The notes under the pieces: model-generated | Told to the model about the DNA's origin: nothing | Database searches by the model: none | Seen by the model: the letters and a program-made list of their open reading frames with translations, nothing else | Shown: positions 22,201 through 26,486 of the stretch, piece after piece | Layout: each line of letters starts with the position of its first letter | Position numbering within the stretch: the stretch's first letter is position 1 | Made by a program: the position numbers and the translations under genes | NCBI GenBank assembly: GCA_964597975.1 | Contig: CAZRAA010000002.1 | Span: 12,156-68,631 of the forward strand | Direction: 5' to 3' | Length of the DNA stretch: 56,476 bases | Origin: an uncultured Thermoleophilaceae bacterium | GTDB lineage: Bacteria > Actinomycetota > Thermoleophilia > Solirubrobacterales > JACPNS01

Positions 22201-23487
22201 ATCACCGGTGATCTCCGGCGCAGCCACGGCGACGGTCCCGATCTCGCTGCTGGTCGGACAGGTTGGGTTCTGATCGCTGATCTGGAAGGTCGCCGTTGGC
22301 GCGATCGGCTTTCGGAACTGCGCCTCGGTGCACCCGACGCTGCCGAGGCGTTCAGCAACCGAGGGATTGATCTTGAATCCGGTCGGCAAAGTCATCGCGA
22401 ATTCCTTCGCGTACGACGGCTGCAGGCTGTTGTTTGTGACGACGGGGTTGTCGAGCACCGCCTTCAATCCGACGGGTGCGCCGGCGGCGGTTGTGCTCTG
22501 GGTCAGGGTGAAGGTGGGGTTGTAGTTCGCAATCCCTGAACATGATGCGTTCTGGCTTGAGGAGGCAGATTTGAAGTCGGAACCAACCGCCGGCGGCGCA
22601 TAGGTGCCGTCGGCGAAGGTGACGCCGGTCGGATAAAGGTCGACATCGGCGTTGCTGTTGGAGCCGGAGTCTTTCGGGTAGGCGCGGCTGTAGACCTTGG
22701 ACACCCACGAGGAGCAGCGAACCGGGTTGGTCAGGAACGGCTTGGTGCTCGGGGACGGAGCCATGCCGTTGATCGTCTGCGACATCGCCTTCAGGGTGAT
22801 CTCGTTGTTCAGCAGCGGGTCCTTGGCTGGGAGGTTGTCGAGCACCTCGATGCGCAGGCCGGCGTCGTCCGGACGCAAACTGATCTTCGCCGTCAGCTCG
22901 ATGTTGATCGTCAGGTTGATGACGAACAGGATCGAGCAGGTCCCGCGCAGGTGGATACCGAGGTGCGTCGGGACCTCCGGGTTCGCGCTGGGCCTGTTCT
23001 TGAGCAGGAAGATGCCGTTTGATGAGTCGTTGAGAGAAACGTCTCCGCAGACAGCGGAGACGCCGGAGGTGCCCGCGGTCGCCGAGACGGTTCCGACCTT
23101 CGAAGACGATGGACAGCCGGAGTAGTCCGGGCTGGCACCGCTCGGGGTACCGTCGGCGTTCATGCTCGGGTAGGCGCGATCGCAGCGGTTGTTCGGGAGG
23201 ATCGCGTTGGGATCGCCGAGCATGCCGGCCGGGAAGTCGATCACAAGACGCTTCGCGTCGTCATCGCTAGTCGACGTGAAGCCGATCGTCTGCGTGACAT
23301 TCGGGTGAGCGCCGGCGGTTGCAGTGGAGTAGCTCGCGCTCAGCGTCGGGGTGACGGTGGCCGAGGCGGAATGAGCGAGCAGAGCGGCGAGGACGAGTGC
23401 GGCCACGATTGTGGCCAAGAAGGTCGTCACTCCACGCAAAGGGAGCGTCAACGCGCACCCATCACCACCACCTGCAGTCGAATCCAT
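4204..23487 (-). CDS. Giant secreted repeat protein (~6,400 aa): signal peptide, 14 tandem A+B Cys-containing modules, Lys-rich C-terminal domain
   Basis: Uninterrupted ORF. Signal peptide ...LATIVAALVLAALLAHSASA|TVTP. Recurrent motifs LPxGLVA/GP(F/Y)(D/N)LG/RYEG/NPSKC (A) and PxGxxxNP/TPLL/LExPG/PDLxF (B). Start uncertain (ATG 23487, GTG 23430 or TTG 23538). Confidence 0.93.
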   Translation of the reverse strand: MDSTAGGGDGCALTLPLRGVTTFLATIVAALVLAALLAHSASATVTPTLSASYSTATAGAHPNVTQTIGFTSTSDDDAKRLVIDFPAGMLGDPNAILPNNRCDRAYPSMNADGTPSGASPDYSGCPSSSKVGTVSATAGTSGVSAVCGDVSLNDSSNGIFLLKNRPSANPEVPTHLGIHLRGTCSILFVINLTINIELTAKISLRPDDAGLRIEVLDNLPAKDPLLNNEITLKAMSQTINGMAPSPSTKPFLTNPVRCSSWVSKVYSRAYPKDSGSNSNADVDLYPTGVTFADGTYAPPAVGSDFKSASSSQNASCSGIANYNPTFTLTQSTTAAGAPVGLKAVLDNPVVTNNSLQPSYAKEFAMTLPTGFKINPSVAERLGSVGCTEAQFRKPIAPTATFQISDQNPTCPTSSEIGTVAVAAPEITGDLIGKLYLGQPQGTDMDDGRYRLYVFAKRGGLAVKFEGEAIVNAATGQVVVSIKNVTPYTSGLPQFNYSKFTMDFNTASAGVGFDESGNPVSNPVSNPNAQQQMLMNPQVCGSYTASVGLTPWTYSNQAIVNQDKTLTVTAGTNGSCDFASFDPTFDVTLSTTDVGKHPDLDLNVDRPDRRDNLEDLVFRLPDGFGGSIKAVTTQCTVANVLARNCGNDSKVGTVEVKTGAGTLPITLNGDVYIMERTGQELTKYVAKLAIITPAVVGPFDLGSVTNYSYMRLANADKFALISETLDLQQSIKGIPVLYRGIKLKLKGIIDQGTVSTADDKPFLQNPSKCGASLQFQGTFTSAGMAPATGPSTIVRNVNPNAPASAVTTGCAAQTFTPTVAISNLGTAPATPTGMQVQVNVPQTASGVTTSTVQQSTINRVRMVFPAGMEMNPGFASSVAACPTSAIDADIANANADTDTCGTSYATSKIGDVLVDTPLLPTQVSGSMYLEQQGSDKDNRYRFVLYLAMPGGMQIVRGGARVAGSTNGPTAGLGSTSETAGATASTGQALQPGQIEADFSGLPDVAYNWMRLTFNSTVPLFVTPDTCSTNNFQIRVDASNSSATGTPYTDNAQGFTTTGCTTQTFAPTYTQTIPDTTANAHSNVTMAITRPDFQKNLKRVLFHLPTGLTGAPASAQTCSIANSAAGNCTDASVVGGVSVEIGSGAAVATVSGGKLHNTTTANGNEPARLTAIVPVNLGPFNLGKMSLPVSVALRSGDYGLDADVQLPQRYEGIQLRYRKLSVTMNATADQGTPSTADDKPFMTNPSKCQTNTTTVDVWAADNTQASPSPSASFNTTGCAIAFPASTLPTMQVTPTTTDTESPTGVGINLTNGTQASFNPSIKTIKIDFPQGMSVNPAVGNDGNNAVCSSALIDAGGSGCPAASERGTVQITTPLLTGTYNGFVYLEEPGSGAANRFRLAVIIQLPGQKLIIRGKTLINGASDITGATGSVDSGTGVVSAEFDNLIDLPFSSMNLSLYSGNRALLVNPPTCGTQTTKGYISPNTGTTISPQTVSADSTFSTTASNCAPAFAPTFDASLSSSTSGANADLTLTVTNPGKSPQLRNFDMDLPTGLVADTVSTPRCSQVNALAGNCAANTVVGNVTTTIGNSAETLSLAGKLHNVVPDNNNQPARLQAILNVVVGPFNLGKLSIPVITTMRSDYGITTQVQLPYRYEGIDVRLRSMGLVVNGTADQGTPGDSSDDKPFMINPSACQTTAIAARLTSLGGTVVNASKNITINGCPREFPDTPQIPKPAIDVTPSTTETAAPTGLTFQVTNSIKNPTLKQIAIDMPDGMELNPAAGNNLATCSTAQIDAGGADCLATTANLGTVTLDTPLLPAQQSGHVFLEQPLGIDKDTRYRVAIVVHLPGKDLIVRGRVTLDGSTTIPTSGTGSVNTGTGKIRTVFYGESASVPIPDLGFTNMTVVFNSGNRALFTNPRSCSTAQFDAAFTPHGGGADALSSDSYSTTSDCSAPAFAPTFGGSVTPTSSAGNPDITLTAERPAKDRNLVGFDIDLPTGLVASTGNVPLCGITAAAQGNCGASSDVGNVTATIGTGAEGLTINGDLYNVAPQAGEPARLSAGINVIVGPYNLGRLTIPITAELRSDWGVTTHATLPTRYEGIAVRMRSMAITIEDHVGGKPFAVNPSKCQSNTVAANMTSEGPSPQSVAGSFNFSTTGCAAFGSAPSIDVEPSTTQAGSPVGLRIDINSAEGNPSIKRTEFTFPEGLEINPAFGKALDPCPTASIDAGDCTGRTTIADVTLTTPLLSSAPQGKMYLESPGLTKDDRYRVALILDLPGRKLIVRGAISINGTTTIPPGATGSVDQGTGQLKADFDDIPDLAFTQLRLDFNAGSKAMVVNPTTCNAHEFTGTFTPNSVATKASSTDSYTPTGCVGSFNPTFTATPSNGQSAGHPDLTLRVVNAPNQQEQLRKLKVKLPVGLVANTTATTRCSQSDAANGDCLTGQAVGEFSTKIGSTSDTVDLSGGKIYNVEPNADEPARMQAVIPVLVGPFDLGKLSIPVTTKLNADMSVDADTTIPLRYEGINVKIVQMDMVLRGTVGANNFIVNPSRCAAHTISGVMESATGLTNTDDSTFTTTGCAPVDAAYNPSVSFSNTPNTAGAPTNLGMNVSIPADSSTTSNVKVIFPEGFELSPGAGDGLLACAPSDVNAGGGACPATSRLASVTLTTPLLSDPQDGELFLEPSIGNQAATRYRLAMVVHLPGQNLIVRGGTLIDGSSELIDDLGSKDTGTGQVTAEFPGLPDLGFSGLQVDFDGAKKLFVNPKTCDTFSVLAELTAHAGTAAKQRTGSLSTTGGTCGQNSFAPQITGSLSPTTTGGNPDLHLDITNADGMNELKSFDLHLPEGLVARTTGVPQCPLGDAALGNCSSASTVGEAITTIGSAGETLSITGDIVNVVPDSGQPARLQAIVPVIVGPFNLGNLTVDVPTKLNSDLTVTASAILPERYEGIAVRVRELDMTIEGAPSGGRFMVAPSKCGPGTISADFTSNLDEEASDSFGFTIDGCAREWDANPSMTITASPPVRNAPANLNYTLTSDADNPTISRLRVEMPDDMEINPAFGSGLAACSASAIDAGGAGCPSASKIGVVTLRTQLLDPAHDYPGDVYLETPGTSAATRFRIAIVAHLPGADLVVRGKVTVTGSTDITGGTGSTSYAGPGKIVAEFDEIPDLGFTYLSVTFNTNRPMLINPPQGGTQTFQVDVTPHSGGADAELTPSYVTSGGTTPALFNPSFSASVTNTASGAHPDLNLQVSRANNNSETIRDLDLELPVGLVASTVASTRCAQASADAGTCPASSRVGSFTTRFGNGATSTEDLQLSGDIFNVLPNADEPARLSAMVNVLVGPFDLGKLAIPIETALRADAGIDTTTALPVRYEGIAVRIKQLNITLFGTADQGTPSTSDDKPFMQNPSKCQSNAIRARITSASGSDTVVKQSSYTTTGCPLGFASTPTVDVSVDPSETTVPTSLAVEINSAASNPTIGKIAMKLPVGMSVNAAVGNNGEDTTCATAQLDSDPSGCPAASRQGDVELETPLLGDTYTGSVYLEDPFGSDASTRYRVAIVLDLPGKQIVVHGRVEIDGSTSGASGGTGSIDQGTGQVTAYFDAIPDLSFSRMAIAFDTGPRALLTNADSCGIHTVETTITPSSGGAGEAAVVNSNFSTSFDGAGEPCPTEQPFAPDFSVSAADHMSGANTDLSLTLDSGAKDQQLRDFTVHLPAGLVADTDATDHCAQIDAEAADCGAGSLVGSVQTKLGTGSETLDLSGSIYNVEPNSDEPARLAAIMPVVVGPYNLGNLSIQVPTVLRPGDYGVDAHAQIPTKYEGILVRIRQMQMEMLGNVGGNGFIKNPSKCSAGSDAISATMISASGKTVTDAEDYAVTGCPLDFDTSPTITVSNVETEVEKPTGMTLDIDTADNNPTIGSIKTTMPEGMTLNPAVGNKVDACSTADIDAGGENCPAASIVGTAQMQTALLAGTHPGKVYLETPGTTAGDRYKVAVIVDLPGTNVIVRGVTEVDGSSDLVDGMGSTDESATGRVVADFNDLPDLNFSHMRIAFDSGPGALFANSSECGTQTVSAEFAPQSGGASTTASDSFDLSWDGQGASCPATRDFEPVFSGEFSSTLAANNPDVTLRVAREDKNEQLREFNLHLPAGLVADTVQTPRCPVNDSLTGDCDPDTVVGDVSTQIGTGSDLLTMSGKLHNVVPVDLDNEPARFAVVFDVVVGPYDLGKLSIPVTTEIVTGAEPSDLTIDTHTTVPKRYEGVPIRLRQLEIELAGTVAGKPFMINPSKCGTHTIGAEMISTEGTVKNGSFDFTTNGCPANFNPSIETSIPTAEAGIPTGFTFGVLVPGNSSSVRSVTTTLPEGFEINPGVANRGGANALEACSTADIDAGGSACPASSRVGEVKLDTPLLPTQRTGYVYLETPGNTPSTRYKLAIVISLPGPDLIVHGQAQVNGTGTGVGGGTGQVSAVFDNLPDLQFSKLEVTFDSGDHAMLTSPKTCGTFTSSAQLTPWSIADGQQPQDAAVTRTDSDAVSTGCDNTFAPTFEADVSDHTQAASPDLNFKVTAGAKDQRLSKLTLGLPVGLVANTTAVTQCSQADAAAGNCAAGSKVGELSTTVGAGGDPLAMSGEIFNVVPNSDEPARLAATVDVQVGPYDLGKLVIPVSTKIRSGNDANPQRRYGIDAVTDVPTRFEGVAIQMRTIDMTMYGEISGNRFVVNPSKCGSHDVTAELEGQGGESSTLTDSFTIDSCAAGFATAPSIMASVDPSETALPTNFTLGVTSDADNQTFGSIATELPEGMTINPAFGNGFGTTMSTCPTASIDAGDLSDCDSAQIGSVSLTTPLLPGTQTGKVYLETPGGTAATRYLMAIVVNVPGQKLIVRGSVDVDGSTDLVNGIGSTDASATGQMTATFDDIPDLGFTNMTVAFDTGERSLLTNPETCGAQNVTASIMPTSGTIAAEPVASFVTSYDGQGAPCPAPEAEPFAPTFNASFSDTKAAGNPDMTIDITRQDKTQQLEQLDIELPAGLVANTVATPRCDLDDANLAACAETSRVGDVTTRVGTGDETLPLSGGIYNVETSSDDEPARLAAVLGVKVGPYNLGKLSVPVTTEIVGNTASTLRILTHTTLPSRYEGIPVRVRQMQIKLDGTVNGNPFMINPSRCNTHTVTAHMTSSEGATHDGTDSYTTDSCDEAPYNPSLSVALKPNGHAGKPVGLDLGFAFAGSSSSTKSIRTTLPVGMSINPGIGNLASGGQQMACDPAVVDAGGAACPANSRIGTVKLDTPLLPTQRTGTVFLETPGTGSANRYRIGIYVSLPGSSLVVHGRATVNGSSDLADGLGSVNQGNGQVIAEFDNLPDLQFSNLLVEFNTTGSGKHALLTNPETCGSHVVRAQMVPWSRDTDPAVEAADTIAVNNCNGPEGALGLTASVDSLAVGVHSDVTMNLTRPDGNRSILNAKFELPKGLVGSADAAPTCLDDATHAQIGNCDAATQVGEVEIGIGSSEDVYTLPGEIYNVVADADHPAKLVFASHVVVGPFDLGRVVVPIEVNIDPDDYFLWAQTGDMPQRFEGIPVRISALHVKLFGMAKQGTLPTADDKPFMSNPRSCTSALDIKATVNFTTGSPADLTGSVGPFTGCESLNLNDNSVDIENYNDESYDSQPLDRVPEAPTKLRVTVSQGDAATQAGMKDMALSLPGFRLSAAAADGSETCSNIQLAAKNCPAKSRVGTAWLDTSLLPKNVADPNSVNPDLHSLWGSVYLLTPGNTAGDRYKLAIQMTGKTTITIRGTAIVAESGVNEGELVTEFKDLPDIPFDEMEVDLTGVDAGSGVKPLLLNPENPSTTDPLTVAAGASMSAWSDGPSQTPVTKSSTSPVSVLAGTAKGFAPASSYTISTTQSGAHPNFSTEFTRADGEQDIRRVMMHLPEGFLGSAAAVPQCPVATANAGNCSSASKVGDVQVSIGQYGQILPMSGSIYLTEGVGGDIAGMSIKVPAVAGDYDLGDYITQGRVQIRESDHGIDVDFQDVPKLFKGVPTHMSRLEVNMQGTAQSTNKPFLFNASDCKAQQITASMTSWGSPAATSSQDMPYQATGCPVRAFTPALSFTAHGGGVGNPPAWTIKMGSNVGDSTLAGTTVVLPTALTINVAGIAQACTAEQAAARACPGTAKIGTVSVNTPLLTTPVEGNVYMARSISGSSLPDLLMDIPAPINLQIRGANRFVGAQFNQVQSTFQNLPDLIFTDLTMSIAGGPNGLVMLRSNGVCGSASTNFTSHSGQQVSVASPIIGIDGFCAEQQRQCLNPSVKVSTKGIKKKGNKKATTSLAMTTGENCKSIKSVRVSYPKGTKVDKKLVTYNKKKKATKKNLKNLTGKAGTKKLQSDAFKFSGNRLQFKAPFADGTRGFSITSKNSAIALPFKTFCGGLKGKKLKKCQKKNVTFTFEVTNSDGTAFRYDYTVPAGSKFFK
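4700..23358 (-). repeat. Degenerate intragenic tandem repeat, period ~1.3 kb (14 units)
   Basis: NPSxC-type codons recur near 22715, 21185, 19751, 18421, 17121, 15861, 14595, 13291, 11991, 10681, 9391, 8081, 6755 and 5400. Confidence 0.92.
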
Positions 23488-23555
23488 TCGTCCCCGCTTC
23501 AGTTTTCTCTCATCTGCACAGCCCGCAATACCGGGCAAAGTCCGTTACTTGGTAG

Positions 23556-23583
23556 ATGTCGGCCTCCTAAACCGAATCCTTGA
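23556..23583 (-). promoter_or_regulatory. Putative sigma28-family (FliA/WhiG-like) promoter of the giant gene
   Basis: Minus strand reads TCAAG-GATTCGGTTTAGGAG (15 nt)-GCCGACAT, resembling TAAA-N15-GCCGATAA. Confidence 0.6.
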
Positions 23584-23754
23584 ACGCGCTGATACTCAGT
23601 TGCAGGCGCTCTTACACATCGGTCGGTCGCAGTTGGCAACAGGCCCCCCTCCGTGGTGGCCGAACGTACGACGGACTCTGATGTGAGAACACCAGGCTAG
23701 GACCGTCGATGCGGCTTGAACAAGAGGAAAACTGCGTATTTGCGCGCCGCTAGA

Positions 23755-24831
23755 TCAGGCGATGAGCGAGGCAATCAGCTCGCGCAGCTCGGCCGCCGGC
23801 GGGCGCCCTTGATCGAGCACCGTGTACCTGCCGGGGCGCGTGGCCGGACCGTAGGCAACGATCTCCGTCAGTCTCGCCGGAGAAAGGCCAAATCCGTTCA
23901 ATGCAGCGCGCATCCCGATCGACTCGAGTTCGTTGCGCACGCGTGCCACGTCTCCACCCTGGAGGGCGGTGGCAACGAGTGTTCCGAAGGCCACCTGCTC
24001 GCCGTGCGGTGCCGTCCCTGGCTCGAGCGCGTCGAGCGCGTGGCTGATCAGGTGCTCCGATCCAGAGCAGGGCCGCGACGAGCCGGCGATCTCCATCGCG
24101 AGACCAGAGAGCACGAGTCCGTCGAGCAGGCGCTGGGCAAGCTCGTGGGTGAGGTTGCCGGCGGAGAGCGGCGAGAGGTCAAGCCCTTCCACAAGCAGAT
24201 GCGCGCAGGCGGAGAGCAGCGCGGCGAAATCATCGACCGTCTCTTCTCCTGCTTCCGCGGCGAGGCGCCAATCGACCAGGGCGGTGCGGTTGGAGAGCAG
24301 GTCGCCGACCCCTGCGCGCGCGAAGGCGATCGGTGCCGAACTGAGAGTCTCAAGGTCGGCGATCACCGCAGCGGGGAGCGCCGAGCGCTCGCTGACGACG
24401 TGACCGGGCCCTTCGGAGATGACGGAGATTGGCGAGGCGATGCCGTCGGCCGAGAGTTGGGTGGGGACCACCACGACCGGGAGCGCCGCCGCAAGCGCCG
24501 CCGACTTGGCGACGTCGATCGGCCGACCACCGCCGATCGCGACGATCGCGTCGTGGCCAGCGGCCAGCTCGGCCACTCGCGCCACCTCGCTGCGGGTGTT
24601 GTCGCCCACGGTGGTGCGCTCGGCGCCGTCGATCTGGAGGTCGTTGCAGATCGCGACCGACTGCGAGCTGCCGGATACGAGCAACGGATTCTGCGAGCTG
24701 AGTTTCGCCAGCACCTCGGTGAGTTCGGCCGAGAGCGCCTCGCCACCGACGACGCTGCGCAGGAAGTGCGGCAGCTCGATCTGGCGCTTCGCGCTGAGCG
24801 CCTCGACCAGATGATCGAGTCCGTCAGACAT
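23755..24831 (-). CDS. Glycerol-1-phosphate dehydrogenase-like (EgsA/AraM type; iron-containing ADH/DHQS superfamily)
   Basis: AIGGGRPIDVAK, VPTQLSADGIASP, SSRPCSGSEHLISHALD and HGEQV motifs. ATG 24831 with RBS AGGAG overlaps the upstream stop. Confidence 0.85.
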   Translation of the reverse strand: MSDGLDHLVEALSAKRQIELPHFLRSVVGGEALSAELTEVLAKLSSQNPLLVSGSSQSVAICNDLQIDGAERTTVGDNTRSEVARVAELAAGHDAIVAIGGGRPIDVAKSAALAAALPVVVVPTQLSADGIASPISVISEGPGHVVSERSALPAAVIADLETLSSAPIAFARAGVGDLLSNRTALVDWRLAAEAGEETVDDFAALLSACAHLLVEGLDLSPLSAGNLTHELAQRLLDGLVLSGLAMEIAGSSRPCSGSEHLISHALDALEPGTAPHGEQVAFGTLVATALQGGDVARVRNELESIGMRAALNGFGLSPARLTEIVAYGPATRPGRYTVLDQGRPPAAELRELIASLIA

Positions 24832-25546
24832 GGCTCTCCTGCTTGTCGATCGCCGGCGCGATTTCTTCGCGCGCGCGCAGGAGATCGTCGTGGTCGTCGA
24901 TCTCGACCCACTTGAGTCCGCCGATGCGCTCCAGCTTGACCGGGCGTTCGCGGCCGAGTGCTTCGAGTGCGTCTTCGTAGTAGACCTGCACATTGCAGGC
25001 ATCGATGAATTCTTGGAGGATCTCGGCCAGGCGCGGGCCGTCCTGCGGGTCGATCCGGGTCAGGCCGATGTACTCGCCGACAGCCGAGCCCAGTGGGAGC
25101 GATTTGTGCAGGCGGCCTAGCGCGCCGTCTGTTTCGGTCGCCTTCATCGACTCCTCGTCCACGGCGAGCTCGTCGTCGACGAGAATCGCCGTGCCTTGGG
25201 TCGCCGCCAGACGCCGCGCCAGCTCCGGTTCGAAGAGCAGATCGCAGTTGACGATCACGCAGCCCCCTTTAACGATTTCGCGCGCCTGCCAGAGCGAGGT
25301 GATGTTGTTCTCGCTCTCCCAGCGCTCGTTGAAGACCTGGTCGACGTCGTAGCCGTCAAACGCGTCGGCGGCGTGACCGGTGACCGCGACGATCCGGTCG
25401 AAGCCCGCGGCGCGCAGGTATTCGAGCGACCGGTCAGCCAACGGGCGGCCGCCGACCTCCACCATCGCCTTGGGTTGATCGGCCGTCAGCTCGCCCAGCC
25501 GGGAGCCGCGCCCGGCGGCCAGATAGATCACGGGCAGCTGCGCCAT
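24824..25546 (-). CDS. Phosphocholine/polyol-phosphate cytidylyltransferase family (LicC/IPCT-like NTP transferase)
   Basis: LAAGRGSRL..LT...PK, GEYIGL, YYEDA and WVEIDDHDDL motifs; start MAQLPV at 25546. Confidence 0.87.
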   Translation of the reverse strand: MAQLPVIYLAAGRGSRLGELTADQPKAMVEVGGRPLADRSLEYLRAAGFDRIVAVTGHAADAFDGYDVDQVFNERWESENNITSLWQAREIVKGGCVIVNCDLLFEPELARRLAATQGTAILVDDELAVDEESMKATETDGALGRLHKSLPLGSAVGEYIGLTRIDPQDGPRLAEILQEFIDACNVQVYYEDALEALGRERPVKLERIGGLKWVEIDDHDDLLRAREEIAPAIDKQESHV

Positions 25547-25554
25547 CGCAGTCA

Positions 25555-25564
25555 ACAGTAATGT
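25555..25564. promoter_or_regulatory. Overlapping divergent -10 hexamers (bidirectional leaderless promoter)
   Basis: + strand TAATGT 25559-25564 lies 7 nt before GTG 25572; - strand TACTGT 25560-25555 lies 8 nt before ATG 25546. Confidence 0.55.
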
Positions 25565-25571
25565 GCGCGAC

Positions 25572-26486
25572 GTGAGCGAAGGCATTTCCCGCAAGAACCT
25601 GCCCCCGATCGCGCAGCTCGTGGAGATCTGCGGCGGCGAGGGAACTGCTGGCCGCAACGAGCCGCGTGATCTGCGGCGGATCTATGCGCGCGGCGTGCGC
25701 AAGCTGTCGATCCGCATCACGCGCGTGCTGCTGCCCACCGGGATCAGCGCAAACCAAACCACCGTGATCGGCATCCTCGTAGGAATCGCCGGCGGTTTGC
25801 TGCTGGCGGTCAACGAGTACTGGGCGCAGATCCTCGCGATCGTGCTGATGCAGCTGGCGTTCGTGCTCGACTTCTGCGACGGCGAGATCGCGCGCTTCGA
25901 GCGCGAGATCGAGGGCCAGAGTTCCGGAGCGGGTGGCGCCTACCTCGACTGGGTCGGGCACTACTACATGCCTGCGGCGATCACGGCCGGGCTCACATGG
26001 GGCGTCTTTCGCGAAACCGGCGACTGGTGGTGGCCCGCGCTCGGCCTGATCGTGATCCTCTCGCTGGTGCGGGTTCCCTACAGCGCCCGCGACCACATCT
26101 TGTGGGGCGTCTACCGCGACAAGCCCGAGCTGCGCGATTCTGAGCCGATGGTACGCGCGGCGATGGCGCGGATGGGCGGCGATCCGGAGGGTTTGAATCT
26201 TGAAGCGCAGGGCGCCGAAGCGATGGCCGGCGGCGAAGGACGCGGGCTGCTCTGGAGCCGCTACACAAACCTCGGACAGCTGATCGTCTTCCCCGGGTTC
26301 ATCAACCTCGTAGCTGCGGTCAGCGTGATCGACATGTTGATCTCAGCGTTTTCAGAGCCCGGCGCCTGGCCGGTCTCGAGTGTCTGGGCGCGCGGCGTGC
26401 TGCTGGCGCTACTCGGGGCCGTGCACCTCTTGCATCAGATCCGGGCGATCGCCCAGGGATTTCGAGTCACGCGCGCGCTGGAGTAG
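25572..26486 (+). CDS. CDP-alcohol phosphotransferase family protein (variant motif)
   Basis: ISANQTT and DFCDGEIAR...GAYLDWVGH (DxxDGxxAR...GxxxDxxx[D>H]); multiple TM helices. Confidence 0.87.
   Translation: MSEGISRKNLPPIAQLVEICGGEGTAGRNEPRDLRRIYARGVRKLSIRITRVLLPTGISANQTTVIGILVGIAGGLLLAVNEYWAQILAIVLMQLAFVLDFCDGEIARFEREIEGQSSGAGGAYLDWVGHYYMPAAITAGLTWGVFRETGDWWWPALGLIVILSLVRVPYSARDHILWGVYRDKPELRDSEPMVRAAMARMGGDPEGLNLEAQGAEAMAGGEGRGLLWSRYTNLGQLIVFPGFINLVAAVSVIDMLISAFSEPGAWPVSSVWARGVLLALLGAVHLLHQIRAIAQGFRVTRALE

Noticed and set aside
4700..23358. Repeat array as CRISPR, RHS/YD toxin, RTX or NRPS/PKS
   Set aside because: The repeats are ~1.3-kb degenerate coding units with no short identical repeats or spacers, YD motifs, GGxGxD nonapeptides or A/C/KS motifs.
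4256..23686. Many 100-580-aa ORFs antisense to or out of frame with the giant gene (and similar ones throughout the window)
   Set aside because: Shadow ORFs expected from high-GC codon bias. They mirror the repeat period and show no protein family motifs.
23590..23750. Possible ncRNA or riboswitch upstream of the giant gene (short inverted matches such as CACATC/GATGTG)
   Set aside because: Only 6-8-bp complementarities and no recognisable family consensus. An Rfam/Infernal search would be needed.
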